Shown here piece by piece: positions 11,163 through 23,862 of a stretch of DNA of 64,000 bases; the first letter of the stretch is position 1, and each line of letters starts with the position of its first letter. A program made the position numbers and the translations under genes. The notes beneath the pieces were generated by a model. The model made no database searches, had not been told where the DNA came from, and saw only the letters and a list, made by a program, of their open reading frames with translations. This DNA comes from Macrostomum hystrix (lineage: Eukaryota; Animalia; Platyhelminthes). The stretch is taken from positions 62,001 through 126,000 of the forward strand of contig CATNEN010000024.1 of assembly GCA_950097015.1 (NCBI GenBank). Direction: 5' to 3'.

Positions 11163-12598
11163 TCTATATATATAAAAGTGAAAACTCTGTCTGTCTGTCT
11201 GTCTGTCTGTGTGCAACCTTTTGTCTTTATAGACGCCGAAACCGCTCAACCAAATCGCACCAAACTTTGCACATACCTAAAACCACCTACGCTGAGTGCA
11301 ATAGGCTACTCAAATTCCCGAAAAATCATTTCCTTCCTGCTTAAAAGTGCAAAAAACTGCTCAAAAATCGTCAAAAAATCACTCAATTCGACATATCGTC
11401 GCCCCACTTTGTCAGATTTTCTCCAAATTTGATCCACTTACACTTTACATGTTTTCCAACAATGCTGTCAATTTTGAACATCTCTACTCAATCCAGAGCA
11501 AAGCTGCATCATCTCAAAGTAAGTCACTTTTTGTTTTCCGAGGACAGCCACCCCAACTCCCCTCCGCCACTCTGCGGGCCAAATTTTATTACAGCCACCC
11601 CCTCCCTTCCCCGGGCGCCGAAGCCCCCGACTGTACATTGTATTTCAAGCCGTGAATGTACACAGCCCAAACCCCTAGACTGTCTACTGGCCCCCAAGCA
11701 GCACTGAGACTGAGTGCGGTGAGTGCGGTGGCGTCCCAGTGCGCAGGGCTTTTTTGTAGCTAAAGTGAAAACTCTGTCTTTAGGCTCAAGGCTCAGGGAC
11801 AGTCGCTGAAGGTGGCTGGCATCAACCTGGAGACTCCTTGCTTCTCGCATGGGCAGCTTTATGTCGCCTGCTCCCGTGTTGGAAATCCAGCTGGCCTATT
11901 CATTTTCGCACCAAGGGGAAGAACGAAGAATGTGGTGTATCCCCAGGCCTTGAGGTGACTCGCAAGCAATTAATAGAAAAGTAGTCACGAATTGACCTTG
12001 ACCTGTCTAACTCTGAACTCTGAAACAGTTTAATTTTGTTTCTTTGACATTGTTATTGTTATGCCATGGCTATTTTCCTTATGCATACGCGTGCACATGC
12101 ATACTGTATACAGAGGCAGATTTAGGGGGGGCGGGGGGGCAGTTGCCCCCCTAAATTTTAATCATGGGAATAAGATGCCCCCACCAGGGGCGCCAGTCGC
12201 AGCACTGGCGCCCCTTTTCGGCCGCTGGCGCCCCTTTTTCAGCCGCTGGCGCCCTTTCTTGGCTCCTGGCGCCCTTTTTCGGCCGCTGGCACCCCCTCTG
12301 TGATTCTCATGGCGCTCCCCTGACAGACCGCCCCAAAACAAAATTCCTGGATCTGCCACTGACTGTATAGAGGAGTGGCTAAGAGACATGTTTCTAAAGA
12401 AGTAATCAAGAGGGGGCTGTTTGGACAAACTTTTCACTTATTTTTTACTTAAAACGCCCTTAAACAAACTCTTCACTTTTCATTAATGCAGTAAATAAAT
12501 AAATGGTGACCTTCACTATAAAGTTAATACAGAGACGTGAATTGCTTACTGCTTTGCTTTAAATTTCTGCCCCAAAAACAACGGGCAAAAAAAGCTAG
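11163..12598 (+). mobile_element. Non-autonomous Helitron, copy 1
   Basis: 5' A|TC-TATATATATAAAAG followed by a (CTGT)n microsatellite. 3' hairpin TGCCC-N10-GGGCA then CTAG|T. No TSD. The architecture resembles known non-autonomous animal Helitrons. Confidence 0.82.
12111..12361. mobile_element. hAT MITE nested in Helitron copy 1, 8-bp TSD ACTGTATA
   Basis: TIR CAGAGGCAGATTTAGG / CAGTGGCAGATCCAGG. TSD at 12103-12110 and 12362-12369. Internal ggcgccc repeats. Confidence 0.9.
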
Positions 12599-12602
12599 TA
12601 TC

Positions 12603-14026
12603 TATATATATAAAAGTGAAAACTCTGTCTGTGTGTCTGTCTGTGTGTGTGCAACCTTTTGTCTTTATAGACGCCGAAACCGCTCAACCAAATCGCACCA
12701 AACTTTGCACATACCTAAAACCACCTACGCTGAGTGCAATAGGCTACTCAAATTCCTGAAAAATCATTTCCTTCCTGCTCAAAAGTGCAAAAAACTGCTC
12801 AAAAATCGTCAAAAAATCACTCAATTCGACATATCGTCGCCCCACTTTGTCAGATTTTCTCCAAATTTGATCCACTTACACTTTACATGTTTTCCAACAA
12901 TGCTGTCAATTTTGAACATCTCTACTCAATCCAGAGCAAAGCTGCATCATCTCAAAGTGAGTCACTTTTTGTTTTCCGAGGACAGCCACCCCAACTCCCC
13001 TCCGCCACTCTGCGGGCCAAATTTTATTACAGCCACCCCCTCCCTTCCCCGGGCGCCGAAGCCCCAGACTGTACATTGTATTTCAAGCCGTGAATGTACA
13101 CAGCCCAAACCCCTAGACTGTCTACTGGCCCCCAAGCAGCACTGAGACTGAGTGCGGTGAGTGCGGTGGCGTCCCAGTGCGCAGGGCTTTTTTGTAGCTA
13201 AAGTGAAAACTCTGTCTTTAGGCTCAAGGCTCAGGGACAGTAGCTGAAGGTGGCTGGCATCAACCTGGAGACTCCTTGCTTCTCGCATGGGCAGCTTTAT
13301 GTCGCCTGCTCCCGTGTTGGAACTCCAGCTGGCCTATTCATTTTCGCACCAAGGGGAAGAACGAAGAATGTGGTGTATCCCCAGGCCTTGAGGTGACTCG
13401 CAAGCAATTAATAGAAAAGTAGTCACGAATTGACCTTGACCTGTCTAACTCTGAACTCTGAAACAGTTTAATTTTGTTTCTTTGACATTGTTATTGTTAT
13501 GCCATGGCTATTTTCCTTATGCATACGCGTGTACATGCATACTGTATACAGAGGCAGATTTAGGGGGGGGGGCGGGGGGCAGTCGCCCCCCTAAATTTTA
13601 ATCATGGGAATAAGATGCCCCCACCAGGGGCGCCAGTCGCAGCACTGGCGCCCCTTTTCGGCCGCTGGCGCCCCTTTTTCAGCCGCTGGCTCCCGTTTTT
13701 CAGCCGCTGGCGCCCTTTCTTGGCTCCTGGCGCCCTTTTTCGGCCGCTGGCACCCCCTCTGTGATTCTCATGGCGCTCCCCTGACAGACCGCCCCAAAAC
13801 AAAATTCCTGGATCTGCCACTGACTGTATAGAGGAGTGGCTAAGAGACATGTTTCTAAAGAAGTAATCAAGAGGGGGCTGTTTGGACAAACTTTTCACTT
13901 ATTTTTTACTTAAAACGCCCTTAAACAAACTCTTCACTTTTCATTAATGTAGTTAATACAGAGACGTGAATTGCTTACTGCTTTGCTTTAAATTTCTGCC
14001 CCAAAAACAACGGGCAAAAAAGCTAG
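12603..14026 (+). mobile_element. Non-autonomous Helitron, copy 2 (tandem)
   Basis: Near-identical to copy 1 with the same TC and CTAG termini. It differs by a few substitutions, an indel of about 33 bp near the 3' end and one extra MITE subrepeat. Confidence 0.82.
13549..13822. mobile_element. hAT MITE nested in Helitron copy 2, TSD ACTGTATA
   Basis: Same TIRs and TSD (13541-13548, 13823-13830) as 12111-12361. Confidence 0.9.
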
Positions 14027-14149
14027 TATAATATATATATTTAACCGTCTCCCATCTCCTGACTCCCGATCCCGACTGATCCCGAGAAAAAAAATAAATT
14101 CCCACCCGATCCCACCCAACAATTTTTTCTTCTGTTTGGTCGGTCTCTA

Positions 14150-17062
14150 CTATCCAGTAAGCTTAGCAATTTTTCGCTTTCCTTTATTCGCACTCGTGTA
14201 ATTAGATAAGTCTTTGATCAGATTTTTAATTGTGCAGTTAAAAAATGACCTCACAACACCTTCCTTGATGTCGTGGCCCTCCATGCACATGGTTCGGCCC
14301 ATGAAAGCCTCCACGAATGGATTGTCATCCACAAGCATATCAGCTAAACAACAAAACAGCTGCAGTTGATTAGGAGTGCACAGCAGCTTTCTGCGAAGAT
14401 CATCGTTTTGGCGAATCTCCTCAAAGATATGCCAGCAATGTTTTGCAATGGCAAATACAACCTCGGTTGGTCTAGTCAAACCACCACGATTTATTTCGTC
14501 CAGAAAAGCTGATGCTGATGGTTGAACCCAATCTTCAGTTTCAAGCAGTGGCAGAATGTCAGGACTTACTAGCATCTCATGGCAGGACTCGCATCCGCGC
14601 TTTCGATTTAGAAATGATCTTGCGATTGCGCCACTTACATAATAAATTACGGTGCAGTCCGACGTTCCAGGCTGAATGGTAAGCTCGATCTTTTCAGAAA
14701 GCTCACTTGCTAGATTAATGCACTGATGCTGATCGCGACTGTTGGTGACTGAGTCGAGGGCAGTCGAGTCGCACCGACAAATCTGAGAATTTTAGCAAAC
14801 TGATTGCAGCAATCTTGCGACTGTTCTCAATCAGCTGCCTGGCAGATATAAAATAGTTTGCTCTGGACATCTGGCGGAGCCAGCCGAATCTCTTCTCGAT
14901 ACTGTCAGACTGAAGAGAGCCAAGGAGGACATATGAGAAGCCTTCGCGATCAAGTAGGTGTCTCGCACAGGCAGCTATTGTGTGACAGGTAGTTCGACAA
15001 GCCAGAAATGTCTCCTTTGAGAGCCCATGCTTGCTGGTCGACTGCCATTCCTGTGTAGGAAAATAGAATGTAGGAATCACTGATTGGACACTAAGTTTTG
15101 TGAACTTAAGTAAAATTAGGGGTTAGTTATTAGTTGAATGCTATAATCACTTTCCTATTTAATAAAATATTCTTTCTCGTTCTTACCTTCAATATATTTC
15201 CAAAATCATCCAAAAATCGAAGCTTCCAGTCCAGAGATGATCGCACGGGATCCTGGACTATATCGCACTTGTGGTATCCTTTTCACATTAAGTATTTTCC
15301 ACAGCTTGACAATGACGCCAATAAAAATAGCTGTATCGAGCCAGTTCTTGCCTTCGTGTTCACTGTAGTACCTCAACGCATGGAGGGTAGACTTGCAGAA
15401 AAGGGATACAGCCATTTTCACAGAAGATGTTTCAATACTTTTAGGATCAAGCGTAGTAGTACTTACCTTGTGTGCCAATCTTACTGGCATCCCAGCTTCA
15501 GCGTGATAGAGCTCCCTAGTATCTAGAATATTGTGGTATGACAAATCTGGTTCAAAATAGGTGGATAGGCAGGACATTCAAAGCTTGAAAATTATTGTAT
15601 ATGTTTTTCAGGTTGTGCACCGGGTTGAATAGGAAAAAAATTGGCTGCCCACTGATCTTGTCAATAACCGATGATCGCAGTTCTCCTTCACACACAAAAT
15701 CGATAATAAACTTTCTGTTCACTGGAGCATTGTCAATAGATATAGCAATGATGGAAAACTGCATGCTTCTCAGAAGTTCCATTGTCTCCTGGAACCAGCA
15801 ATCGAGTTCGCGGGCGGTTAGTTTAGCTACCGGATACATGGACACCATGTCTTTGAACTTCCCAGCTACTGATCTTGTCATAAAGCAGCAGTACATCGAC
15901 GCTATTGGTCCATTTTCATCCACTCCGCTAACTTGACCTCCACAGTATTCCATCCGGTTAGCAATGTAGATCTCATCAATGATCAGCACAACAGTTTTTT
16001 TTCCATTTTTGTAAGTTTAGATGCCCGCAGTCGAAGGTAGCCCTGAGTGCCCAGTCCATCCTTACTAAATTTACTAGTAATAAAACAAACAGTTCGCACC
16101 GATGGAATGCAGAGAATGTCTTGCTTGCGAAGTAGTTAATATGCGGCACAGTTTGTGGAGAAGATCGTGTAGCATTGAATTCCTTCAAGAATTTGTTCTT
16201 GAAGGAAGGCTATCGACCTGTCATCCTGCTGTTCCAGAGCTTTGGATAAGTTGTCTTGGGCTAAATCAAGGAAAAAAATTGAATGCTTATGAGAATACGC
16301 TTCCGAAGAATGAGCTGAAGATGCATCCAGTTCTTCATTCAAGCACTTTACTCGTGTCATTAGATTCAGGATCTCGCTAATCAAATGTACAATGCGATCT
16401 TTCCCGACTTGCATGATCGTCATATCCTTTGGCAGTGCCGAACCCTTCAATCCGATCGAGATGTCATGGCCTGGTCCTATGACAATAGAACACGCTATCT
16501 GACAGACTTGAAGAAGCTCCAGCATGTAGATGCAGAGCTTTCCATTGCAGATAGATGTTTGAAAGCCAGCAGGCCGACTATCCGTCGAGTCAAGACGTTC
16601 TTGAAGTTGTTCGGGTGAACAATCTTGAATGCTGTCGCTGGAAAAGAAACCATCAATCTGCTCCTGTAGCCGGTCATTTTTATTCTCCAATCGCGCAGAG
16701 GATGACACTGAGCATGTGCTTCGAGCTGCAGGCGCAGTTGATGAAAGGTACTTGGGTGCGTTATTGAAGATAGAAGGCACAGCCTCAGGCTTCAAGTGGC
16801 GATTCTTCAGCCAACCATTGTCGATCTTCTTGCAATAAATATTTTTGTATTTTGTCGTTTCAACAAAGTCGTTGGCAGTGAAATGCAGTGAACATATTTT
16901 GGAATGTTTTGTCGGCTCAAGGTCTTTTCCTGGATTGGCCTTTTTCCTCTCTTCCAAAATAGTTGGGTTGCAAAATGGATAGCTATGAAAAGTTACAGTA
17001 TCCGGAGTGGAATCGCTGGCGTAACCGCTTTTGCAACCGTAAGCAGAGCACTTGTTCACCAT
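14150..17062 (-). pseudogene. THAP-domain P-element-like (THAP9-type) transposase, copy A, disrupted; intron 15051-15186
   Basis: THAP MVNKCSAYGC...FHSYP...ICSLHF...AVPSIF. Core LIIDEIY, IDNAPVNRK, FNPVHNLKNIYNNF, LQSDSIEKRFGWLRQ, INRGGLTRP. In-frame stop at 16136-16138 and frameshifts. GT-AG intron ILK|EWQ (phase 0). The stop codon coincides with the hAT TSD. Confidence 0.88.
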
Positions 17063-17839
17063 CTTGGCGGTTTGATATCTTGGCGGTCTCACCGGCGGTT
17101 TGGCGGTGAGACAAGCAGACAAGCAGAGAAAACTCTATACCTACTGACCTGCCATGGTCAGACATTATAAGGATATTGAAGCACCCTTCTGGTGAATCAT
17201 TTCATACGACCTGGGTCGGACCTGCTGCACTTCCGCAATTGTACACTGTTTCCGTAATGTACAACTCATTCCCTTTTAGTCACTATAGATATCATAAGAG
17301 CCCGCATGTGCACAATAACTCCACGTGCTGTCTTTTCCACCTCCAAAAGGCTTGCTATGGTATGAGTTTCCTTGTTGTCCCCTTCTCTTTGTTCTATTGA
17401 AAATATTTTCCCACAGCCACAAATTGAAAACGCATGGCCTAAAGTTGGAGAAAATTTCCGAGCAAAAAAATATGCTTCCTGTCCAGATTCTAACTAGAGA
17501 CGTCCATGGTTTGGCCAGGGACTTCTATAAATTGCATCTGGACTGGAAGGCAAAAAGAGCCTTTACCCATTGTGGGCATCCAATCCTTGAGCAGCAAAGC
17601 GCTTTGCTATGGAAATCGCGTGTTTTTCGCTTTAAATTGAACAGGAAAAGCAGATTGCAGTTAACTAAACTATAAATTTAAGTGAAGTAAAAAGCAATTA
17701 TTTCACGATAAATTTGTTTTCAGTTCAATAATGATTACCATGCTGATCATTCAGGTGTTGCTTGCAGAATAGCCGGATAGCTTGTTAATTTTCCGCTTTC
17801 TTCCGCCTTCATGATTGGAAATCTGCTTCGCAAGATTTT

Positions 17840-19899
17840 TCAGCCAAATCGGCGCTCGATGCAGTCGGACTGAATTGCCCCCAGAAGCACATAGGAAAAT
17901 CCCTCATGATCTAGGAGGTGCCTGGCGCAAGCAGAAATAGCACGGCAAGTTGCTCGGCAGGCAAAGAAGGTCTCCTTGGACAAACCTGAGCTCTTCGACA
18001 TTTCCCATGTGTCCAGGAAATCAGCGAACTCTTCCAGAAACTGCAATTTCCAATCAAGTGAGGACCGAATTGGGTCCTGACTGATGTTGCGCTTGCATTT
18101 TCCTTTGGAGGGGGTTTTGACATTCAAAATGTTCCAAAGCTTAAGCACGAGACCGACAAAATTGGCGGTGTCTAGCCAATCTTTGTTGGCATGCTCTGAA
18201 TAATACCTCAGCGCATCGCGAGTCGACTCGTTAAAAACAGCGAGTGCTAGCTTTGCAGAAGTTTTTTTCGATGCTCTTAGGATTAAGCACAACAGGATTT
18301 AGCTTGTGTGCAATCTTCAGAGGCTTTGATGCTTCGAGTTCGTAGAGACAAATTATGTGCTCAAACCGAGCTTCGGATGGTTTGGGTAGCATCGATGATG
18401 GTGGGAGGCTGAAGACTCTTCGACTCAGGAAATTGTTGTAAATATTCTTTAAGTTATGCACTGGGTCAAAGAGCACAAACACAGGCTGCCCTGTTGTCTC
18501 ATCGACAAAAAATGTCTCAGTGCCGTTGGCACACAGGTCCTTAACGAACTTGCGATTGACTGGAGCGTTGTCAACACAGACTGAAACAACCGTGAATGTC
18601 AACCTTTTCAAAACTTCAAAGGCCTGTTGAAACCACTCGGAGAGTTTTTTGGCAGCTAAAGTCGACACGGCGTGCATCGATACCATGTCCTTGAACTGCC
18701 CAGCAACTGAGTTAATCATGAAGCAGCAGAAGGTGGATGCAGTCGCACCATTTTCATCAATGCCACTCAATTGACCATGGCTGTATTCGATCCGGTGAGC
18801 AACGTAGATCTCATCGATTACAAGAGTGACGACTTTCTCCATCTGAGAAAGTTTAGAGGCTCTTAGCTTCAGATAGCCTTCGGAATCCAAGCCTTCACTG
18901 GAGCCAACTCTGGCAGTGATGGATCTAAGAGTTCGATCAGAAGGAAGGCAGAGAGCATCCTGTTGCAACATGGTCTTGTAAGCCGAGGCACTAATTAAGT
19001 AGATGAGGTAAGAAAAAACAAGAAGATGTTGGGAATACTTCCTACCTGGTGGCGGCTTCCGGCTCAACTTCAACTGCTCCAGAACGAAGCCTACAGTGCG
19101 GTTTTCAGACAGCGATGTTGCTTCTTCCAGTAGATCTTGAGCCAAATTCAACAGACGGGAGACCTTCTTGTCAAGAGAGTGAGGCTGGGTGCTTCGAGCA
19201 TCCTCCTTCCAGTTTTTTACTCTGGACATGATGTTGACCAGTTGGCTAAGTGTAACAACTCTTTCACCGTCCAGAAGGTCGGCAAAAGTGGCAGATTTTA
19301 GTGGCACGCCATTTAATCCACACCTGATAGTGTGATCTTCGTGCAAGCAGATGTAGGACATGTGGGGAAATGGCTCCATATCCACCATATAGATGCAAAG
19401 CTTGTTCTCCTGGATTGTGACCTGGAATCCGGTTGGCTTGCTCTCTTCCTGATCCAGCTTGTGGTTTATGTAATGGAGATCAGCGTTAGCGATCTTGAAA
19501 GTCATCGATCCTGTTCAGCAGCTCATTATTCTCACGCTCCAGGCGCCCAGTTGCTGTGGCGGCCGTTGAACGGGGCGGCAAATTTTCAGAAGACATATAT
19601 GAAGGTGCATTCGGAAAGATAGATGGTACTGCACCTCGCTTCAGAACGCGCTTGTTTAGTCGGTCTTTAGTCTTCTTACGGGTCGGATTGGAATCGATCG
19701 AAGCTTCCAAAAAATCATGCGTTTGAAAATGCTGTGAGCAAATCCTGGAATGCTTTGTCGGCTGGAAATCCTTCCTTGGATTTGCTGGGTTCCATTTCTC
19801 TAGCAGTGCTGAATCTTGCAGTGGGTAGCTATGGAAGGTTACTCCTTCAGACTTTCCTGCTCTATTCGTGCATCCATATGCCGAACAGGAATTTACCAT
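17840..19899 (-). pseudogene. THAP-domain P-element-like transposase, copy B, intronless, 3'-truncated after ERRFG
   Basis: THAP MVNSCSAYGC...FHSYP...ICSQHF...AVPSIF. Core VIDEIY, VDNAPVNRK, FDPVHNLKNIYNNF, IQSDCIERRFG. Frameshifts near 19500 and 18270 both lie in homopolymer runs. Confidence 0.88.
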
Positions 19900-22419
19900 A
19901 TTTGCCTGCTGCTTTCTGGTATTCGCAGAAAAAGTCGGTCTGTTGTTTCAGACTTGCAGGGTTGCAATTGCAATGTTTCGAAGGTAGGAGTTAGCATGAA
20001 GAATTTCAATACCAAAGTTCTTATACAGTTGCTTCCCCTTCCTTCCCTGACCGAATCCAGAGATGACTAACGCCGAGTACAGTTAGGTAAAGAGAACAGT
20101 TCCCCTCTTACTTGTTGTGGGCGCAGATGATAAGAATCATATGGGACTCCAGTTAAATAATTTTTGCATGAATTTCTAACTCAATGTACGCCCCAGAAGT
20201 GTACAAGCGTACACTTTAGACAGTCTTCTGCCTCTGCCACTCTTTTAACTCCTTTGTCCCTGTTCCACAGATTCCCCTCTGCCCTCCATCCAGAGCAGTT
20301 CGTGCGCCCAAAGAAATTCTCCATGAAGATGTCGTCCTCCATAAGCTCGTCCACGAGATTGGTGAACAAGACCATCTGGTTGGAGGCGCTGAGCAGCTGG
20401 CCTCGCAGTTTTTCGCTCCTTCGAATCGCCTCAAAAACCTTCCAGCTGTGGCTCGCCAGTTTGAACACTACGTCAGTCGGCTTGGACAACCCGCCGCGGT
20501 TAATCTCGTCAATAAAGGCAGAGGCAGTCGACTGGATTGGAGCGTCTACTTCTAGCGGGGTCAGAACATCCGACTCGAGAAGAAGCTCCCGGCAGGACTC
20601 GCAGCCACGTCTGCTCTGCACCAGTTTCTTCGCAATGCAACCGCTCATGTAGTAGATGACGGTGTAGTCGGAGCCTTCGGGCTGAACAGTCAACTCCATC
20701 GTTGCCGCCATCTCCTGAGCCAGTCTCTTCATTCCAGAATCATGCTCGGGAGTCGACTCCGCGATCGCACGATCGATATCGCGGAGCGAAAACTGAGAAA
20801 ATTTGAGCAAGCTAATAGCTGCGATCTTTCGATTGTTCTCGGACAGCTGCCTGGCAGAAATGAAGTAGTTAGCTCCGGACATCTGGCGAAGCCACCCAAA
20901 TCTGCGCTCGATGCTGTCAGACTGGAGGGCACCGAGCAGGATGTAGGAAAGGCCTTCGTGATCGAGCAGGTGTCTCGCGCAGGCAGCGATGGCTCGGCAG
21001 GTATTGCGACAGGCAAGGAAGGTCTCCCTGGACAAGGGAGCACGAGACTTGCCCGCAGGCGAACTGCCCGCCGAGATTTGCCCGCAGGAGATTTGCCCGT
21101 CGAGATTTGCCCGCCGAGGTTTGCCCGCAGAGATGTGCCCTTAGTGCATTCTGCCCGCAGGAGATTTGCCCGTCGAGATTTGCCCGCAGAGATTTTCCCG
21201 TCGAGATTTTCCCGTCGAGATTTGCCCGCAGATTTTCCCGTCGAGATTTTCCCGTCGAGATTTGCCCGCAGAGATTTTCCCGTCGAGATTTGCCCGCAGA
21301 GATTTGCCCGCAGAGATTTTCCCGCAATGCAGTTTTAATCTTGCAAAAATCGACTTATACTTATCGAAATTATTTACCTGCCAGATTTCAACCGTGTGAA
21401 TCTGAAACTCTTACTGCCGCAAATGCATAAGATATTTCTTTGGCATTCCGCAGACACCTCAAATTTCCTTTCTGCTAAATTACTGTAGCCTGTTCTATAA
21501 TCTTTTGTAGCAGCAATTTTTTGCTGGTGGAGCAGCTCACATAGCTTGTCGCATATTTTAATAAGGTAATGACTTTATTTTTCCCTTGACAGAACCGCAC
21601 AATACAATAGCTATTTTTGTACATTCACTTGGCAAAAAGTAGAACAAGGTATTTAAGCGTCGCAAGTCAAAAGATGGTGAGGCTGTAGGTATCATTGGCA
21701 TTAATTGCGAATTAACAGGTTCAACAGCGATTGTACAATCACTATGCATGCATAATACAAGCGAAAATGAATTGCAGTAGGTAAATTAGCAATTTTCACT
21801 CTACTTAGCTCACACATTAACGGAATTTAGCACCCCAAAGGAGCAAATCTTCCGATGTGCAGCGCCAGCACATCCATTTGATCCTTCCCTATTCATTCCC
21901 TTTCAATCAAGTCCTTGGGTTCAATTACTTAAAACAACTTTGTACTCTACTGCATTTTTCACTTTGCATTCGCTTAACGATAACTTTTGATTGAGCAATA
22001 ATGAAAACAATATGAAAATGATTGACCAATTGTTAACATTTACTGTGCATCGCAAGACAGGAACAGGTGGATGACGGAGTACATGGCAACAAAAGCATTC
22101 AGTGATACAGTTACAATGGCAACCTACAAGAGGAAGGGAAGGGAATGGGGAGGAGGGGTGAGTTGTTATGTAGGCAGAAGACTGTGGGTTCACTGAACTT
22201 CTCTGACCTAACCAAATTTCAGAAACTAGAAGCAACCGCAGTGCTAAATACGAGGGTTTAAAGTGCACAAAGTGAATGCCTTTGCGAATCCCATGGAAGC
22301 GGGAACTATTATTATATAGGCCACAATGAAACTAGAGCACAGAATATTAAATTTATTGCTTCTTAGTGTATTGCAGCAAGAAACCAAAATTGTAAGGATA
22401 GCTACCGTTGTCAATCAGA

Positions 22420-23862
22420 TCACTTCTTCAAATGGTGAGCGATGCCCCTCAGGTAGGAACGCAAAGGAAAGTCAGCAGGCAGACCGCCACCTTCGACGTT
22501 CCAACGCTGCGTGACGCGAAGAAGCATCGCGTTGCTCTGCACGTATCTCTTCCGCTCCTTCGGTGCTTCACCAGCGTTGGCTCGCTGCATCAGCAGTGCC
22601 TGGTGTTCGACTTCCTTTTTGAGGTCCTTCATGAGCCGAAAAACATTCGGATTGCTGCAACCCAGAATTGACTGGAACCTCCTATGCCAGGCTTCAACTG
22701 CGTTGTTCGTGCGATGAAGTCCATTCAAAGTTCGCTCACGAACATTCCAAATTGAAGGTGAGAATCGAGGCTGCCGTCTTCCTCCGCCAGGAAGTCGATG
22801 GCCGACCCACTGGGCTTCAAAATAGTCTGCTGTTGAAGCCATCTCCGCAGGAAAGTCAGGCAGCATTATTAACTCATCAAATGCTGCTGGAACACTATTA
22901 ATAGGCACAAAGGCCAAAGCAGAAAGGCAACGCAGCCAGACGGACATCTCGCCATCTTCTTCTTCAATCTGACGCTTTAATCCCTCAGCAACTGCTCTTC
23001 TGTACACGCACTGAACGAGGTGAAATAGACAGCCTGTTGACTCGATGCCAAAGACATGCTGAACAGCATTCATGTTAGCTCGCTCAAAATCTGACATCCA
23101 GCGAAGTGGCCTCATGTTCGGCGCCAATTGATGCAGAGCCTCGTAAAATCGACAGTACGTTGCTTCGGTCTTGTTGGGTAGCAATGCGTAGATGAGTGGT
23201 CTTATGAAGCCTTGAAGTTCGGCATGCACTGTCACCAGTTGAGCGAACAGTGGCGGCGAGGCATCGAATGTGCCGTCCGAGAAGAAATCTGTCGCCAATT
23301 GCAGGGCTTGAATGTTATCCTCGCTACCGAAGATTAAAATTCGATTGTTGTCCTGTCCGGAGTCATGCAGCAGAAACAGTGCTCCGTTGTTGAATTGAAA
23401 TTCTTCAGGTATAATGAGCTCGGCTCGGTTGAGCGGCTGTACTGGAAGACCTTGGTGCGTTTGACGAACATCTTGAACTTGCCGCTTTAATGCGCTTTGA
23501 GATGGAAGGGCTATGCCTGCACACTCAGACAGCCCATTTGTGTGTTCCATGACGATATTTGCCGTCGAATTCACGTTGTTCCTGGCATCCGATTTAATCT
23601 CCCGAAGAGCCTCAAGAACTTGGAATCGAGAGCCGTCAGGTCCGTGATTATGGTCATTCAGCTGTCGCACTTTAAAGCCATTCCGGATGTGGATTCGAGC
23701 AGGACATGATCCCAAGTGCCGTTCTTCACACTGCCAAAATGACACCTCTTCGTCGACCAGGCTAGTTCTTTCAAGTGTAAAGTAGTAGCCTTCGCAGGCT
23801 GCTTTGCGCTTCCCACGAATTGTTGCACTAAAGCGCACAGCGATGGGAGGAGCTGCTTCCAT
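22420..23862 (-). CDS. FLYWCH zinc finger plus MULE DDE transposase, 480 aa, apparently intact
   Basis: YYF...FWQCEERHLGSCPARI...HNH (FLYWCH); FSDGTF (D), MSDFERA (D), CLFHLVQ (CxxH), RTNNAVEAWH (E). No stops or frameshifts. Confidence 0.92.
   Translation of the reverse strand: MEAAPPIAVRFSATIRGKRKAACEGYYFTLERTSLVDEEVSFWQCEERHLGSCPARIHIRNGFKVRQLNDHNHGPDGSRFQVLEALREIKSDARNNVNSTANIVMEHTNGLSECAGIALPSQSALKRQVQDVRQTHQGLPVQPLNRAELIIPEEFQFNNGALFLLHDSGQDNNRILIFGSEDNIQALQLATDFFSDGTFDASPPLFAQLVTVHAELQGFIRPLIYALLPNKTEATYCRFYEALHQLAPNMRPLRWMSDFERANMNAVQHVFGIESTGCLFHLVQCVYRRAVAEGLKRQIEEEDGEMSVWLRCLSALAFVPINSVPAAFDELIMLPDFPAEMASTADYFEAQWVGHRLPGGGRRQPRFSPSIWNVRERTLNGLHRTNNAVEAWHRRFQSILGCSNPNVFRLMKDLKKEVEHQALLMQRANAGEAPKERKRYVQSNAMLLRVTQRWNVEGGGLPADFPLRSYLRGIAHHLKK

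Larger units (their letters stand above)
9830..14149. mobile_element. Non-autonomous hAT-type DNA transposon (about 1.45 kb native plus 2.9 kb nested Helitrons), 8-bp TSD CTATCCAG
   Basis: TIRs TAGAGACC(A/G)ACC. Subterminal cccga/tcggg repeats at both ends. CTATCCAG at 9822-9829 and 14150-14157. Confidence 0.9.

Noticed and set aside
18231-19505. Programmed ribosomal frameshifting to express copy B
   Set aside because: The shifts fall in T/A homopolymers and are better explained by mutation or long-read indel error. The copy is 3'-truncated anyway.
20917-21430. Repetitive ORFs (RRDLPVEICP..., RENLCGQIS...) here and at 24890-25373
   Set aside because: They are incidental translations of the modular MULE TIRs, open in several frames on both strands.
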